The position numbers and the translations under genes are program-made. A stretch of 64,000 nt of DNA, from NCBI GenBank assembly GCA_050084985.1, contig JBITNC010000001.1, forward strand, positions 15,190,001 to 15,254,000, read 5' to 3'. Position 1 is the stretch's first letter; each line of letters begins with the position of its first letter. The DNA is from Nageia nagi (lineage: Eukaryota; Plantae; Pinophyta). The notes below the pieces were generated by a model. That model was not told the DNA's origin. It ran no database searches and was given only the letters and a program-made list of their open reading frames with translations. Positions 41,771-54,439 of this stretch are shown here, piece by piece.

Positions 41771-42664
41771 TTTTGGTATGGTAAAAATATGGCAATTTTT
41801 TTTAAGTATTAAAAGGGGTGAGTTTTTTTTTCCTTAATGTTAAAGCAATTTTTTCAAAGGTAAAACTGCAATAAGGAGGATATTTGTAAGTATGTTTTTA
41901 AATGTTGATGAAGGGGAATTTTTTTACCAGGTTCAAGTATTAAGTAAAAGGAGGAGACATTTTTGCTGTTACTTAAAAATAAAGAACCCATGCATTTTTT
42001 GTAAAAAAATCCTTTTGGGGTTGGTAACAAGATCCATTTGACTCTTAGGTTTCATTTTTGGATGATGTATCATTTTTTTAAAGTACTTTACTCTATCTTA
42101 GGCACTTTGCTTTTATTTGACAAAAATCATAAACATTGAAAGTGCACCCCCTAAAATGAATACATTTGCATGTTTATTCCATAACATCATTTCTTTGGGG
42201 AACCACAAGAGGAGGACAAGGTAGATTTGACCCTTTAGTTTGAGAATCCAAATGGTGTAAAGTATATACTTATTAATTTCCTCTAAGTCCTTTGTTGGTC
42301 TGTACATAACTCCATATAGGTGAACATCCATGTTTGTAGTCATACCACATCTACAAAAGTTATTTTAAGGATTATCCTGATAACCTAGGAGAACAACTTG
42401 AAACCTAATCAAGATAATAATTTGATTAATCCAACATATGTCACACCCTTGGAAAATAGCTTATACTCCTAATTGTGAGAGTATATTACTAACCAAGCGG
42501 AACTAATTGAGTATTGGTAGTACTTGGGGTCCATGTGGGCATATAGGTGAAGCATAATTATAAACAAGAAAATAACCTCAACTCTACCCTCTTTCAAAAA
42601 ACATTTATGGTTAAGAATACTTTAGAAAGGTCAATCTATTTATATTCAGCTTGAGCATTCAAAT

Positions 42665-45291
42665 TTAATGGGTCTATTTCAAACTAATTCTATTAGAGGA
42701 GCTTCTTACATCTTGAACTTCATTGATGATTTCAGTATGATGAGATTTGCTTATCTACTCGAGCATAAGGATCAAACCTTTGATAGGTTTAAATATTTCA
42801 AATCCTTAGTTAAAAATCAAATTGACTTCAAAATCAAGATGCTAATATCATATAATGGGCGTGAATATAATAGCAATGAGTTCAATGACTATTGTACCAA
42901 ATTTTGGATCAAGAGGTAGTTCACAATCCCTTACACTCCTCAACAAAACAAATTTATCAAAAGGAAAATAGAACCATTCAAGAAATGGCTAGGAGTATGT
43001 TGGGAAATCTCCCTAGTTTCTTATGTGGTGAATTTGTGAACACTATGATCTACACCCTGAACAAGTGTCCTATGAAAGCAGTTGAAGCCAAAACCTTGTA
43101 TGAGGTATGAATGGGAAAGAAATCTAACATTTCTCATCTTAGGATATTTGGTTGTGATGCTTATACCTTGATTATTTCTAAGAAAAAAATAAGTTGGACA
43201 AGAGATTTTAAAAGTGCATCTTTGTGGGCTATGATAGTCAGTATGGAGGCTACAAGCTCTTCTCTCCATTCTCCAAAGCAATGTTCATCTCAAGGGATGT
43301 AAATTTCAATGAACTACCTTGAGAATTTGCTTATTGTGAGGACTTGTATGATCTTGATGACTCTTCTATTACACCTAATTGGTTGGATGTTAGTATAGAT
43401 AAGTCACCTCAAGAGTGAAATTCTCCAACACAAAGGATAACAACAAGTATGACTTTAAAGAAATCCTTGTTTACCAAAATAGCTAGAAAGAATGGGCCCT
43501 CATCATTCAAAAAAGTTTCGAAGCATGAATGCTATATGGAAGCCATGAAAATGGAATAAGAGGTTCTGATGAAAAATCAAACTTGGGACTTGGTTCCCTA
43601 TCCCAATGATCAAAATGTGATTGGCAATAAGTATATTTACAAGGTCAAATACAACTCAATTGGGAAAATTGAGAAATACAAGGTAAGGTTAGCCAAGGTT
43701 TTGCTTAGAAACACATAGTTGATTATAAGGAAACCTTAGCTCCAATAGCAAAGGTTCCCATAGTCAAGTTAACCCTTACTCTTTTAGCAACTCATAGATG
43801 GAAAGTTTTTCAACTTGAATTCAAGAGTGCTTTTATCAATGGTGACTTAAATGTGGAAATCTACATGAATCAACCAGAAGGGTTTATTATAGAAAATAAA
43901 TAGCCCCTTGTATGAAAGCTAAAGAATTCCTTGTATAGACTTAAGCAAGCACCTAGAGCTTGGTACAAAATATTTTCAGGATACTTTATGGACATTGGGT
44001 TCTCATAGTGCTTCTTCAATTTAGGTCTATATGTGCTCAATCAGGTATAATACTGGGTCTTGATTCTTTTATATGTGGATATTTTTGATCATATGAAATA
44101 GTGATGAAATCATCCAAGAGTGCATATCTAAACTTAAGGCAATATTTGAAATGATTGATCTTTGTCTCTTGCACTACTATATTGGTATGCATGTGTACCA
44201 ATATAGGGATTGTACTTACCTTAGTCAATCCAAGTATATCTCAAACATATTGCAAAAGTTTGGAATGGAGCAATGCAAAATTATTGCAATCCTAGTCTCT
44301 TCTTAAATCACTCTATTTCTTAACTCTAACTCTCGATTGGTAGATGCTACGTCCTATAGGAAACTAATTGGTTATCTTCTTTATTTGACTATCTCCAAAA
44401 AGATATTGCCTTTGCAGTAAATCTTTGGAATAGTTTATGCAAAAATCATATGTTGAGCACCTCAATGTTATTAAACAAATCTTGAGGTATGTTGTGGAAT
44501 AAAGGATCTTGCTCTAAAGTATTCCAAGTTGACCTCATTTTTTCTCTCAAAGTACTCATATTCTAACTATAAGGTAGATAGAGATGATAAAAAATCAAAC
44601 CTATGCTTATGTGTTTGGCATTTTTTCAAGTGTTATTTCTTAGGCTTCCAAGAAGCAATCTACTACTGCTCTCTCCATCATAGAAGTAGAATATCAAGCC
44701 ATGTCAATCATGACACAAGAATCCATTTGGTTGAAGCATATTCTAAAATAAATTAGGTATGAGAAGGCTCACCCATCTTAGATTTCTTTAGATAATTAGT
44801 CGCTATTACTTTGGCAAAGAACCCTATGTTCCATTAAAGAACAAACATGTTGAAATCAAAATATATTTTATCAAAGAGAAGGTTTTGGATGGTATCCTAC
44901 AATTGCAGTATTTTCCTTCAATCCTCAACTTCATTGATTCACCAATTCCCTTCCTAAAGCTTAATTATGCAAGCTTAGGGAGTCTATTGGGTTGGTGAAG
45001 TTGCCCTCAAGGGAGAGTGAAGATTGAATTCTTGTTGAATTCATGCCTATGAAGAATTCAAAAAGAATTCAACCTTCAAGGACCTTGTTATGTTCATAGC
45101 TATATACTCCTTTCCAACCATGGAATAAGGATTTATTTATGCCTAATGTTGTATCATTGAAAGTTCCAATCTGTGTCTAGTTTATAGGTCTTCTATTTCC
45201 CTTATGGCCTTACTATGAAATCCTTATATCTTCTATTAGAGAATTTATTTTTGCAGGAACCCCACAAGTTTTATTTCGTTTGTCTCCAACA
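42665..45291 (+). mobile_element. 5'-truncated Ty1/copia retrotransposon (INT-RT-RH plus 3' LTR)
   Basis: INT (YILNFIDDFS, NGREY, HLRIFGCDAY); RT (KNQTWDLV, IYMNQPEGF, LKQAPRAW, YVD ~44070); RH (KHVEIK ~44843); PPT aagggagag (45009-45017); candidate LTR tgaag...ccaaca 45018-45291. Confidence 0.88.
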
Positions 45292-48200
45292 TCGATACTA
45301 TATTAAAATAGATATTTTTAAATATCTTAAAGAGTATATTGACATCAAAGTTGGTGATATGAATATTAGGTAGAGAGTTGCTTACATCAACCTATCGAAT
45401 ACTTGCTACCATTTTCAATTAGATTCTCACAAAAGATAAAAGATTATCCCATGATGGAGGGAAATTTTAATACCAAAGGGGTATCTCCTTTTTCTTTAAC
45501 ACCTAAGACTCCTTTATCTACTTCCAAAGGAGGTCAAGATGAATGGAAAATCATTACAACAAAAGGAAAAAGATAATAAGAATATTGTTCAAGTGAATGC
45601 ACATAATAGCTCTTCTCAGTTTTTGATGTTTACCCAACCCAACACTTCAATAGGGATAACACTCAACCCATCATAAAAGGGGAAGCAATGATTCTTTTGG
45701 CTTTTCTATTTATGGTGAGTACACTAATTGTTGTTGACCTCACTAGTTCTTTCATCCACATTGGATTCCTTAAGGTTTTATGCTATCATGCAAACTGCCC
45801 ATGAGGACTTTGCTCGAACAAGAGCTTCTTTCAACAATTGGAGATCTTGTAGCACTCACCATGGAGCACTTATCTCACATCAAGATAAATGTCACCAAAC
45901 TAAGTTCCTCATAGCAAACCATGAGTGTTTTTATCAACAACACTTATTAAACTCTCTTAGACCTTGAGGATTTTAAAAACATCAATGGAGATATAATACT
46001 TCATCAATCATTATGATTATTCCCTCATGGAATATCATAGGATTTATGGACCCAATCAAAAAATATATGGTCCAAAATGAGGTTACTATTTGCTCTAGGA
46101 AATATGGTAACCCTCACCTTCTCTATTTATAAGAAGTTGAAATTGTAGATTTTATTCTATAGAGTAAATTCTCTTTTTTATGGCCTGGGTTCCAATATTA
46201 TGCCACAAGTCACACCTTGATTAGAGGGGAGTTATCATTTTCATAACAATTAAGTGGCATAAGAATTTTATCTTGTGGGGAGTGGACCCCAAAATTGGTA
46301 CCAGAAGTTGGAGGAATGTTGTTTAGTATTATCAACGTTCATGCTTATAATGATGCCATTAAAAGATGTGTTCTATGGAAATGGTGTTTTTTCCTTATTG
46401 CCAATGGTTTGGGTTATATGTAGCGATTTTAACATGATAAAGTGTTCCTCTGATAAACTTAGCCATCTTCCCATGAGATGGTCTATTGAAAAGCATGAAG
46501 CTTGGTATTTTACGAAAAATAAGCATGGGTTATCAAACCATAATGCTTGAGTTTCTTCAAATCATCCTCCTAATGAACCCTTATATACATGGTCTAACTT
46601 TCATGCTAGCCACACCAAAATCCTTAAGCACCAATAAAAAGCCATGTTGTCTAACCATCTGTAATTCCACTTTTAAAGGCAACTAGCTTCATCTCCCTTT
46701 GTTGAAGCTATATTAGGCACTACTACTTCTAACCATGCTGCCATTATATTTACTATTTTATATAGCTCGCCTCCACCTCGACATTATAAAAGTCATTTTT
46801 TTCTTAATACCTCCTTTCTGTAACACCCTACCATGACTCATCATTGCATCTGCAAAGTGTGGAATTTAGTTCCAAAACCTACAAGGACATAAGGATGGAT
46901 TCACTAATGGAATGATGTTATTATCAGCACAACCACTCTCTTGCACATTCTAGGTAAGAAAGTGGCTCTATTTTGGAAATAATCAAATGTAACGCTTCAT
47001 GATAAATTGGAAAAAGAAATTATCTAGCTATAGGCTTGTCCTCTCGACCCTACTCTGCAATTTCATATTTTTTAACTTTATCGTGACCTAAAAATTATTG
47101 AGATGTGTGAATTAAAAGGAGATCGAATAAAATCTTGGTTACATTCTATTAAGGAAAGGGATAAAGTATTAAAGGATTTCTTACTTCCAACCAAGGTCAA
47201 CTTGTTAATGGGCATTTTACAGATGACTCAATTCATACTTCATAATAAGATGAGCAATTTGTTTCATAGGCTTTTCTTTTTTTGGGTACTTTTTGCAAAG
47301 CTTCTAGTTCTAGTATCCAATGGAAAAAGACTTCATCCTATAGACTATCGTATCTTCCAAAGCCTCATTAACTTTAGCAATGGTAATGGACTCAACCAAG
47401 GGAATCCCTCAAATTTATGGGAATTCCCTTTGCCTTTCAAGGTTCACCTTTGTAGCTTTAGGGATATGTGAAATAGAGAGTTGAAAAAATCTTGAATATT
47501 GGTTTACCAAGAAACTTTCTTTGGTTGGAAAATATCAAGGTGGCTCTAAACTTTTATTCGCTACACGTGTTCTACTATTCTTTTTTAGTTCCTTCCCAAT
47601 CTTGTTATAGAAGTATAGAGAAACTCCTAAAGGAATTTTTCTGTTCTTATTCTTTTGAAAATAAGAGATTCCATTAAGTTGCTTGGAAGCTCTATTGTCT
47701 TCCTAAGAGCTTTGGAGGAATGGGTCTCCTTGATTACAAATGTCAAGGCATAGCTCTTTGTACAAAGTCAATTGTGAGGGATCTCAAAGGTTTTGAAGCT
47801 TGGAAAGTGCTTATTCATCATTTTATTTCTCTTGTTCTTCCTTTCAATAACCAAGCTTGGAAAGGAATAGACTTTATCTCCATTTTAGTTGTCGCTATAT
47901 TGGAAGGCTCATAACAGAGTTATATTTGGAAGGCTCATAACAGAGTTATTTTTGCACAACAACCTTCTACTTCCTTTTTTCAAATGTTGAAAAATTGGAA
48001 ATTTTTCATGATGCATGGTTACATATATATGTTGAAGTCGATAAAGAGGCCATGGAATTGAACCAACTCCAATCCCTCTTGGGTTACTATGTCCCATGTG
48101 CAATAAGTTATTTTCCTCCTAAACAAGATGCAAGGGAGCCTTTTAGATCTCGATCATGTCAGACGTCCTCATCATTTGTAAGAGTGAAATATTCTAAGTA

Positions 48201-48650
48201 CCATTAGTGTCAACCATCACCAATGGCAAAGCAATGAAACACCTTAGGTGCCAACTTGCCCCATCATGCAAGGGAATGGGATGTACATCCATTATCACCT
48301 TAACTAGTTGTTGAGTGGCATGATAATGGCAACAAGGAATTTATAACATATATGATGAGGCATGAATGATTATCTCAATACCACCTAACCAATGGTAGTA
48401 TATGGTTAATGATGAGAAGCCTTTGTGTGATCCATAATCTCACCTCTTTCAATGCATATTAAATTTTGATTTTATGATAACTATGGTTAGTTATTGGTTG
48501 GTCTCAGGCTTGTAAAGACTTATTGTTTTTAGTTTTCCTAACCCTTAAGGGTTTGTTTGATCTCATATGAGGGTGTGTAAATCCACCCACACCTTTTTTT
48601 GGTCATAAATGCACTTATATTTTATTAATATAATAGTTTTTTTAATAAAA
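45292..48650 (+). mobile_element. Decayed L1-type LINE: ORF1 C-terminus, ORF2 endonuclease, RT core missing, post-RT region
   Basis: ORF1 zinc-knuckle remnant VAYINLSNTCYH (~45376-45450); endonuclease motifs INVHAYN, WVICSDFNMI, SNHAAI; IKSWLHSIKERDK; KFMGIPF; VAWKLYCLPKSFGGMGL; A-rich end near 48640. Confidence 0.8.
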
Positions 48651-49109
48651 AAATTCAAATAAAGATCAAAATTGAAATTTAAAATTAATTCTCTTCTAAA
48701 GGTGTGTCTTTTTTTTTAGTTTGAGATGCCTTGCTTTCTAAAATATCATATATTTTAAGAAAGCTTTGGAGATTAGCAATATTCCCCTATGGAACCATAG
48801 TTAACTCTCTTATGAATGATTGAATAATATATTTTAAAATTAGTCCAAATGCTATGTTATTCACTAGTATCGTTATAGCCTGGATGTGCTTAAAAACATC
48901 AAGAACAAGCCTTGGTGGATGGGTGCTTGACTTCTCCCTTGTTTGCAATTGGATTTTGTGTTGTCAGTAGAAGGTTGAGGCTAGAGTTTCACAAGAAGAG
49001 AGGGTTTGGATGTTGCATTCATCTATACATACCTAGGCAGGCGCAAATTCCCTGATGTCAAGTCAGTTGTAGGATTCCCTATTAGGTTAGGGTAGGACAT
49101 GAGTCTTTT

Positions 49110-51740
49110 AATGTCATTTTAAACTCATTGGTTTGTAGGACCTATAAAATTTAGTCAATAAATAAATACATGTCAATTAAATATTTGAATGATAAGAGTC
49201 TTTTAGTGTTCTTTTAAACCCATTGGTTTGTAGGACCTATAAAAGTTTGTCCAAAAGTAAATATATATCAAGTATTTGAATAACATTAAATGTTGATTTT
49301 ACCTTTATTAGTGTTTCACAAAATATTAGAAAAAAATTAAATTTAATAAACATATTAATAAAATAAATTACCAAATAAGGAGCATTTGTTGTTGCTCCGA
49401 CATGAATGAACCCTATCATGGGAATTTGTTGTTGATTCAGTAGCAACAAACCTTGAAACAAGAATCCATCGGTCTAATAGTAGCGAACCCCGAAGCGAGA
49501 ATTTGTCAACCAAGCATCAACAAATCCCATATCGGGAATTTGCTACCAACCATGTAATAGTGAATCCCACAAGAGGACTTTGTTGTCGACCAAGCAAAAC
49601 AAAAATCCCACAATCGTAATCTATTGCTACCCAAGAAACAACAGCAATCCACCAACAGCCAAGCAACAACGAATTCATTGCCAACCCAAACTCTTATGTC
49701 TTCCCCTCCCCTCTCCCATTTTTGTAGCTCTTTCAAATGTTGTTATGGAAGTGAGCTATGGAAGCGAGGCTATGAATATCTTTGGGAGGAAAAAGGATAT
49801 CATTCATGGAGACATTTCTCACCATATCCAATGCCTAGTGAAGAAGGTAGACACAATCAAGGTGGGGTTGAACCGTAAATATCTCTAGCAACAACACACT
49901 TTCAAACTAAAGAAATAAGAGAAAGCCATGGCAGAATAAATTATAACTTCAGCATTAAAGGTGCAAGCCATAGTGGGTGAATGCTTAGAAAGAACACATA
50001 TGATCCTTGCTAAAATGCAAGGGCAAATTTATGAACTCGAATGCTTCTTGCAATGTTAGAGATATTATTGTTTGATGTATTATTATTGAGTAGTATCTCA
50101 ATAATATTTGTTATGTAGTGAGTACAAATGGTTTAAGTCAATAAATTGTCCAATTTGTTAAGAGGTTTAACAATCTCCTATCTATACTCGAAATGTGTTT
50201 ACCTATATATTGCAATAATACAATGTGAATCATATTGTGCTCCAATATGGCATTAGAGAAGGTTGAGAGCAAAACCATGGGTTGATGAGGTTGACTTCCT
50301 ACCCAATCATGTAGAAGATAATCATTACAAATCTTTTATATATAGTTTAGCAAATCAATAATTTTCTTTATGGTTTTCTTTGTAGCTTAGGTATTTGTAG
50401 GGGGTCTATCTAATCTTTTATCATTCAAATAAGTGAATGTGTCGGACATGATGGAATCCAATCGAACCTCATTCATGAGCACCTTACGAAGGGCCATAAC
50501 AAAAACCTGGAGCTCTATTATTTCTTTTCAAAAGAGTCTTAACAAAACAATCCTCTGCATCAAGAGTAGGAACATGAACAATCCAGTTAACTGGTACAAC
50601 TTCGTATGGCCAAAGTATCTCCCCTCCAATTCAATGCTTTTGCCTGAGTCGATGTTAGTGGCAAACAACTACTAAGACTATAACAATTTGTTGCATAACA
50701 TGATAGCATTAGTCGTCGTCATTTCATGGCAAATGAAAAATCATTGTTCTACATTGAAGATCCCATATGAAGTTATGGCGAAAGTTTTTGTTTGTTTGGA
50801 GTGATGCTAGAGATTGAGTTGTGTTGGTCAACGATGCATGTAGGAAGACATGATGGCAAACTCCATGTTGTCGAGGAGCGAAGATGGTTTGGTTTGATCT
50901 ATATGAGCATGGAAGTAAGAAGAGCTTGGACAATTTGGTAGTAATAAGAGTGGTGGCCAACATGCTAGTATGGTACGTATAATAGATTTAGGTAAAAAAC
51001 CTCATCTACCATCAGATCTTTCATTATACAAACATATTCAAGTTGGTTATATATTTGTTGCATCAATCGATCAAGTTAGTATTAGAGAAAGGAAGCTTTA
51101 GAGAAAATAATTGTATCAACTAGTTGAAAATTTATTGCATCAGTTGATCAAGTTGTTGAGCAGGCAATGAATTTCTTGCTACAAGATTCTTTCCCACCAA
51201 GCCAACAACAAATTCCTTGTTGCGAGATTCCTTCTTGTTGGATCAACAACTAACACCTTGCTTCTTGTTTCATGATTCTTTTTTATCTAATGTTTTGTCA
51301 AACACTAATAAAGTTAAAGTTGATGATTAACATCTTCTATACCTTGTTTGTAAGATCTATCAAGAGTTTTTAAATATCACCAATGTAAGGAATGGGAGTA
51401 AAACTTGAGATGTTCAATGTGGGTGCCTTCATACCTCACTTGTCTCCTAACTCTAGTGACAAGAGATGATAAGTTATTGTTTGAAAGTTTTAACAAACAT
51501 CATTATATTGTGCTTGATCCAATTCTAGAATTTTGTTTTAATAATTTATTCTCATTGAGTAGGTGCAAATGATTGTGGTCAATTATCCTTGGAAGTATTC
51601 TTGCTTTTCTTTGAAATATATGTGTGGTGTTCAATGTTTTTCTTTATATAAGAAACAATCATTCAAATACTTAATTGATATATAATTACTTCTAAATAAA
51701 CTTTGATAGGTCCTACAAACCAAAGGGTTTAAAAGGACGG
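49110..51740. mobile_element. Foldback-like non-autonomous DNA element (MULE/CACTA-like) with inverted arms
   Basis: 49207-49281 is the reverse complement of 51661-51738; ~49290-49330 is the reverse complement of ~51280-51325; hairpin-repeat arrays lie inside both arms. Exact termini and TSD not found. Confidence 0.6.
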
Positions 51741-52061
51741 TATATATATATATATCAAAATCAAATATGTATGTCAATTATTTTTAACAAAATTAAAATT
51801 TGTACTAAATGTGTTGCTAGTTCTACAAATGTGTTATAGGAGATAAAGAAGGGGATGGGTACAATGAAAAGATCAAGGATGGTATTCAATATGAAAATGG
51901 TGCTGGCAAGTCCATGCCTTCCACCTAAAAACATAGTTCTGATTTGTCACAAAAATTTACTTTAAAACATAGCTCCAATTCGTGGCAAAAACTTCCAATT
52001 ACCCAAAAATGGTTATGAGATTTCAGGGGGATGATGGCATTTAACAATCTAGCAAAGGAAT

Positions 52062-52232
52062 GTCCATACGAGTACCACTCAGCATTCTTTAGAGCAATCT
52101 TGAAGGATCTCTCAATACTCACTTTTTTTGTCCCAAACACAAACGAAAAGAAGTCCATATGAATACCACTCAACATTCTTCAAAGCAATCTCAAAGGATC
52201 TCTCGCTATCAATCTTTTTGTCCCAAACACAA
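52062..52232. repeat. 91-bp tandem duplication (about 2 copies)
   Basis: gtccatacgagtaccactcagcattct... at 52062 recurs at 52153; differences mostly C/T and G/A. Confidence 0.85.
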
Positions 52233-52591
52233 CACATATTTTTTTCCCTTTAAAATTTTAAAAGAAAGTAACAGAGTTATCTCTCAAGACAAATGCTCAA
52301 GTGAATCCAACCAAGATAACGTGACTTTGTTTTTGGTATGAATAGACTAAAAGTGTGTTACATTTGAAACACTTCTACACCCTGCTTACGATGCTATTTC
52401 TGTCATTTTTGCATCAAGTTTGTGTGCAACACAAATGTTGAATAAATTTACCATATCACATGGTTCAATGTATCTGCTACATTTGCACCACCTTTTTTGA
52501 ATGCAATACAGATTCAACAAGGCACAAAAAGGTATAAAAGAATTTAAAATCCATATGCTGAAGCCCACCATTATGTGCTACTGATCAGTGG

Positions 52592-52688
52592 TTAAAATAA
52601 ATATCGAGCTGCCTCTCTTGTCTCCATGCTAAGCAGTGTGATAGCAACACTAGGACCAGATGTACTTGGAGATGGCTCCAAACAAAAC
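52592..52688 (-). CDS. Terminal coding exon of host gene (FCLEPSPSTSGPSVAITLLSMETREAARYLF*)
   Basis: catagcag| acceptor; the four-exon chain using the strongest splice sites stays open to TAA at 52592; T-rich 3'UTR-like sequence follows. Confidence 0.65.
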
Positions 52689-53373
52689 CTGCTATGACTA
52701 AGAACTACCACCGTCATAGAAACATAAATTTCATAGAAACATAAATTTGGGAACAATACAACAATTTTGAATAGATAGACAACAAAACATTGTGACAATT
52801 TAAATCCACCTTACTAGCATCTTACCATCTAATTTCATAAAATGCTTTACGAATCAAAGCATTGGTAATATGGTGTTCTAAATATAGAAGTTCCTGGATT
52901 TGCCAAGTTCAGTGAAGTCCGTAATAATAGTAATAATAGTAGTTATTGATTCTACGAATCAGCTTAAGATGCACTAGGAAAGATGTTCAATAAATATTTG
53001 ATTTTAAGAAGACTTCGACACAAAGATGATCATTGGTTTCATCATCGGTTGAACATTCACCCTACATTAACACCCTAGCCCTTTTGAACATGTAAATCCT
53101 TCTTTGGAAATTATACTTCATATAAGTTGTGAGGGAGAAAAACAATGAATCATCCCTCTATAATACTTCTAGTTGTAATTTTGTACTACCGTCCAAGTGA
53201 AGACCATAATGTAATTCAAATAAGTTCTACAATGCATGGATAACTAAAAGTTTCTACTTTCTACCCAATTCATGTAAATAACAGGTGTTAACAAAAAGCA
53301 AATATTTCACCATAGTCCTGGTCTTAAAATCGAATACACAATCAAAATCTGATGGCTCGCTAAAGATAGTTAC

Positions 53374-53397
53374 CCGTTGGCTAATATAAAGAATATC
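53374..53397 (-). CDS. 24-nt micro-exon of host gene (IFFILAN in preferred frame)
   Basis: gcatgcag| acceptor, cgg|gtaact donor; preserves frame. Confidence 0.6.
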
Positions 53398-54080
53398 CTG
53401 CATGCAATATCAAGAAATATTTCAGCTAAACATTAGAATTGTGTTGACTTAGTATATGCATAACTAATAACTATAGAGGCTTATTTCAGAATAAATCTAC
53501 AAATGTTGTATGATGTGATTGGTGTGGGGACTAAAATCTGGAGTACTCAAACATAGTAATTATATCACTAACAAGATTTCTAGAACAGCCTCAAGAGACT
53601 CATTATATATGCATGTCTGGAAATTGTGCAGAGCATGAACATTTGATTTTGCGTTAACAACTAAACATAATTCTCCAAATTTATAATAGTTTCACAGAAA
53701 GTCATAGGACAATGTAACAATCTCCACCATTGCATTTTAGGCTGTCTCCATGTCATCCTTCTTCATTTCAATATTATTTGCCACATGCATCTGCTGTTAG
53801 GGTATGTGTGTTATTATATTACATCATGAATAAAGTCAGTATGTGATATTAGAATACATTTGTATTAGGTGATACATAATTGTCATCCACTAGTTTCGGC
53901 TTCAGCATATTGCATATATATGCTTGTTATCTTACCTAATGATATAATGAACTTTCATTCAAATCTAGTATCTTCAAAATCCATAAACTATCGTTAACTG
54001 ATACCTCTAACAAAAATTTTGAATGTAAATGTGAGTGTGTTTCCTCATTGAACGAACAATCTCAAAAAGTGATCAATTAC

Positions 54081-54157
54081 CTCACCACTAGATGTGGTGT
54101 ATAACCCTCTAAACCTGACCATTCTGCAGCTGTGAATGATAGATTGCCTCTTTGTAT
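54081..54157 (-). CDS. Internal exon of host gene (IQRGNLSFTAAEWSGLEGYTPHLVV)
   Basis: ctttctttttttgcag| acceptor, gag|gtaatt donor; 77 bp; in phase with neighbouring exons. Confidence 0.75.
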
Positions 54158-54439
54158 CTGCAAAAAAAGAAAGATCACAATCTCGTTGGTATTTCTTGAT
54201 TCTCAATATTGTACAATGGAATTTAGAAACATTCCTGGTTTACACACAACATATATAATCAACAGAAAGCACCACAGCTCTATATGTGATGGATGTGCAT
54301 CTTATGAATCAGGGAGACGACCTTATACAGGTCACTCCATCAGTGATATGCTGTTGGAAGATAAGCTAGACTTCACATTGGCCTTGTGTTTATTAAACAC
54401 AAGTTTTTTAATGCTATGGCCTAAAGCTAAACAATAATT

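Noticed and set aside
48880-49100. Promoter/5'UTR of a - strand gene (aaaccct motif, higher GC)
   Set aside because: No downstream ORF or splice structure found to support it
49380-49690. CRISPR-like repeat-spacer array
   Set aside because: Units are degenerate, have no unique spacers, and the context is a eukaryotic TE with no cas genes
53730-53790. Additional host exon after a cag acceptor on - strand
   Set aside because: Stop codons in all three frames and no convincing donor
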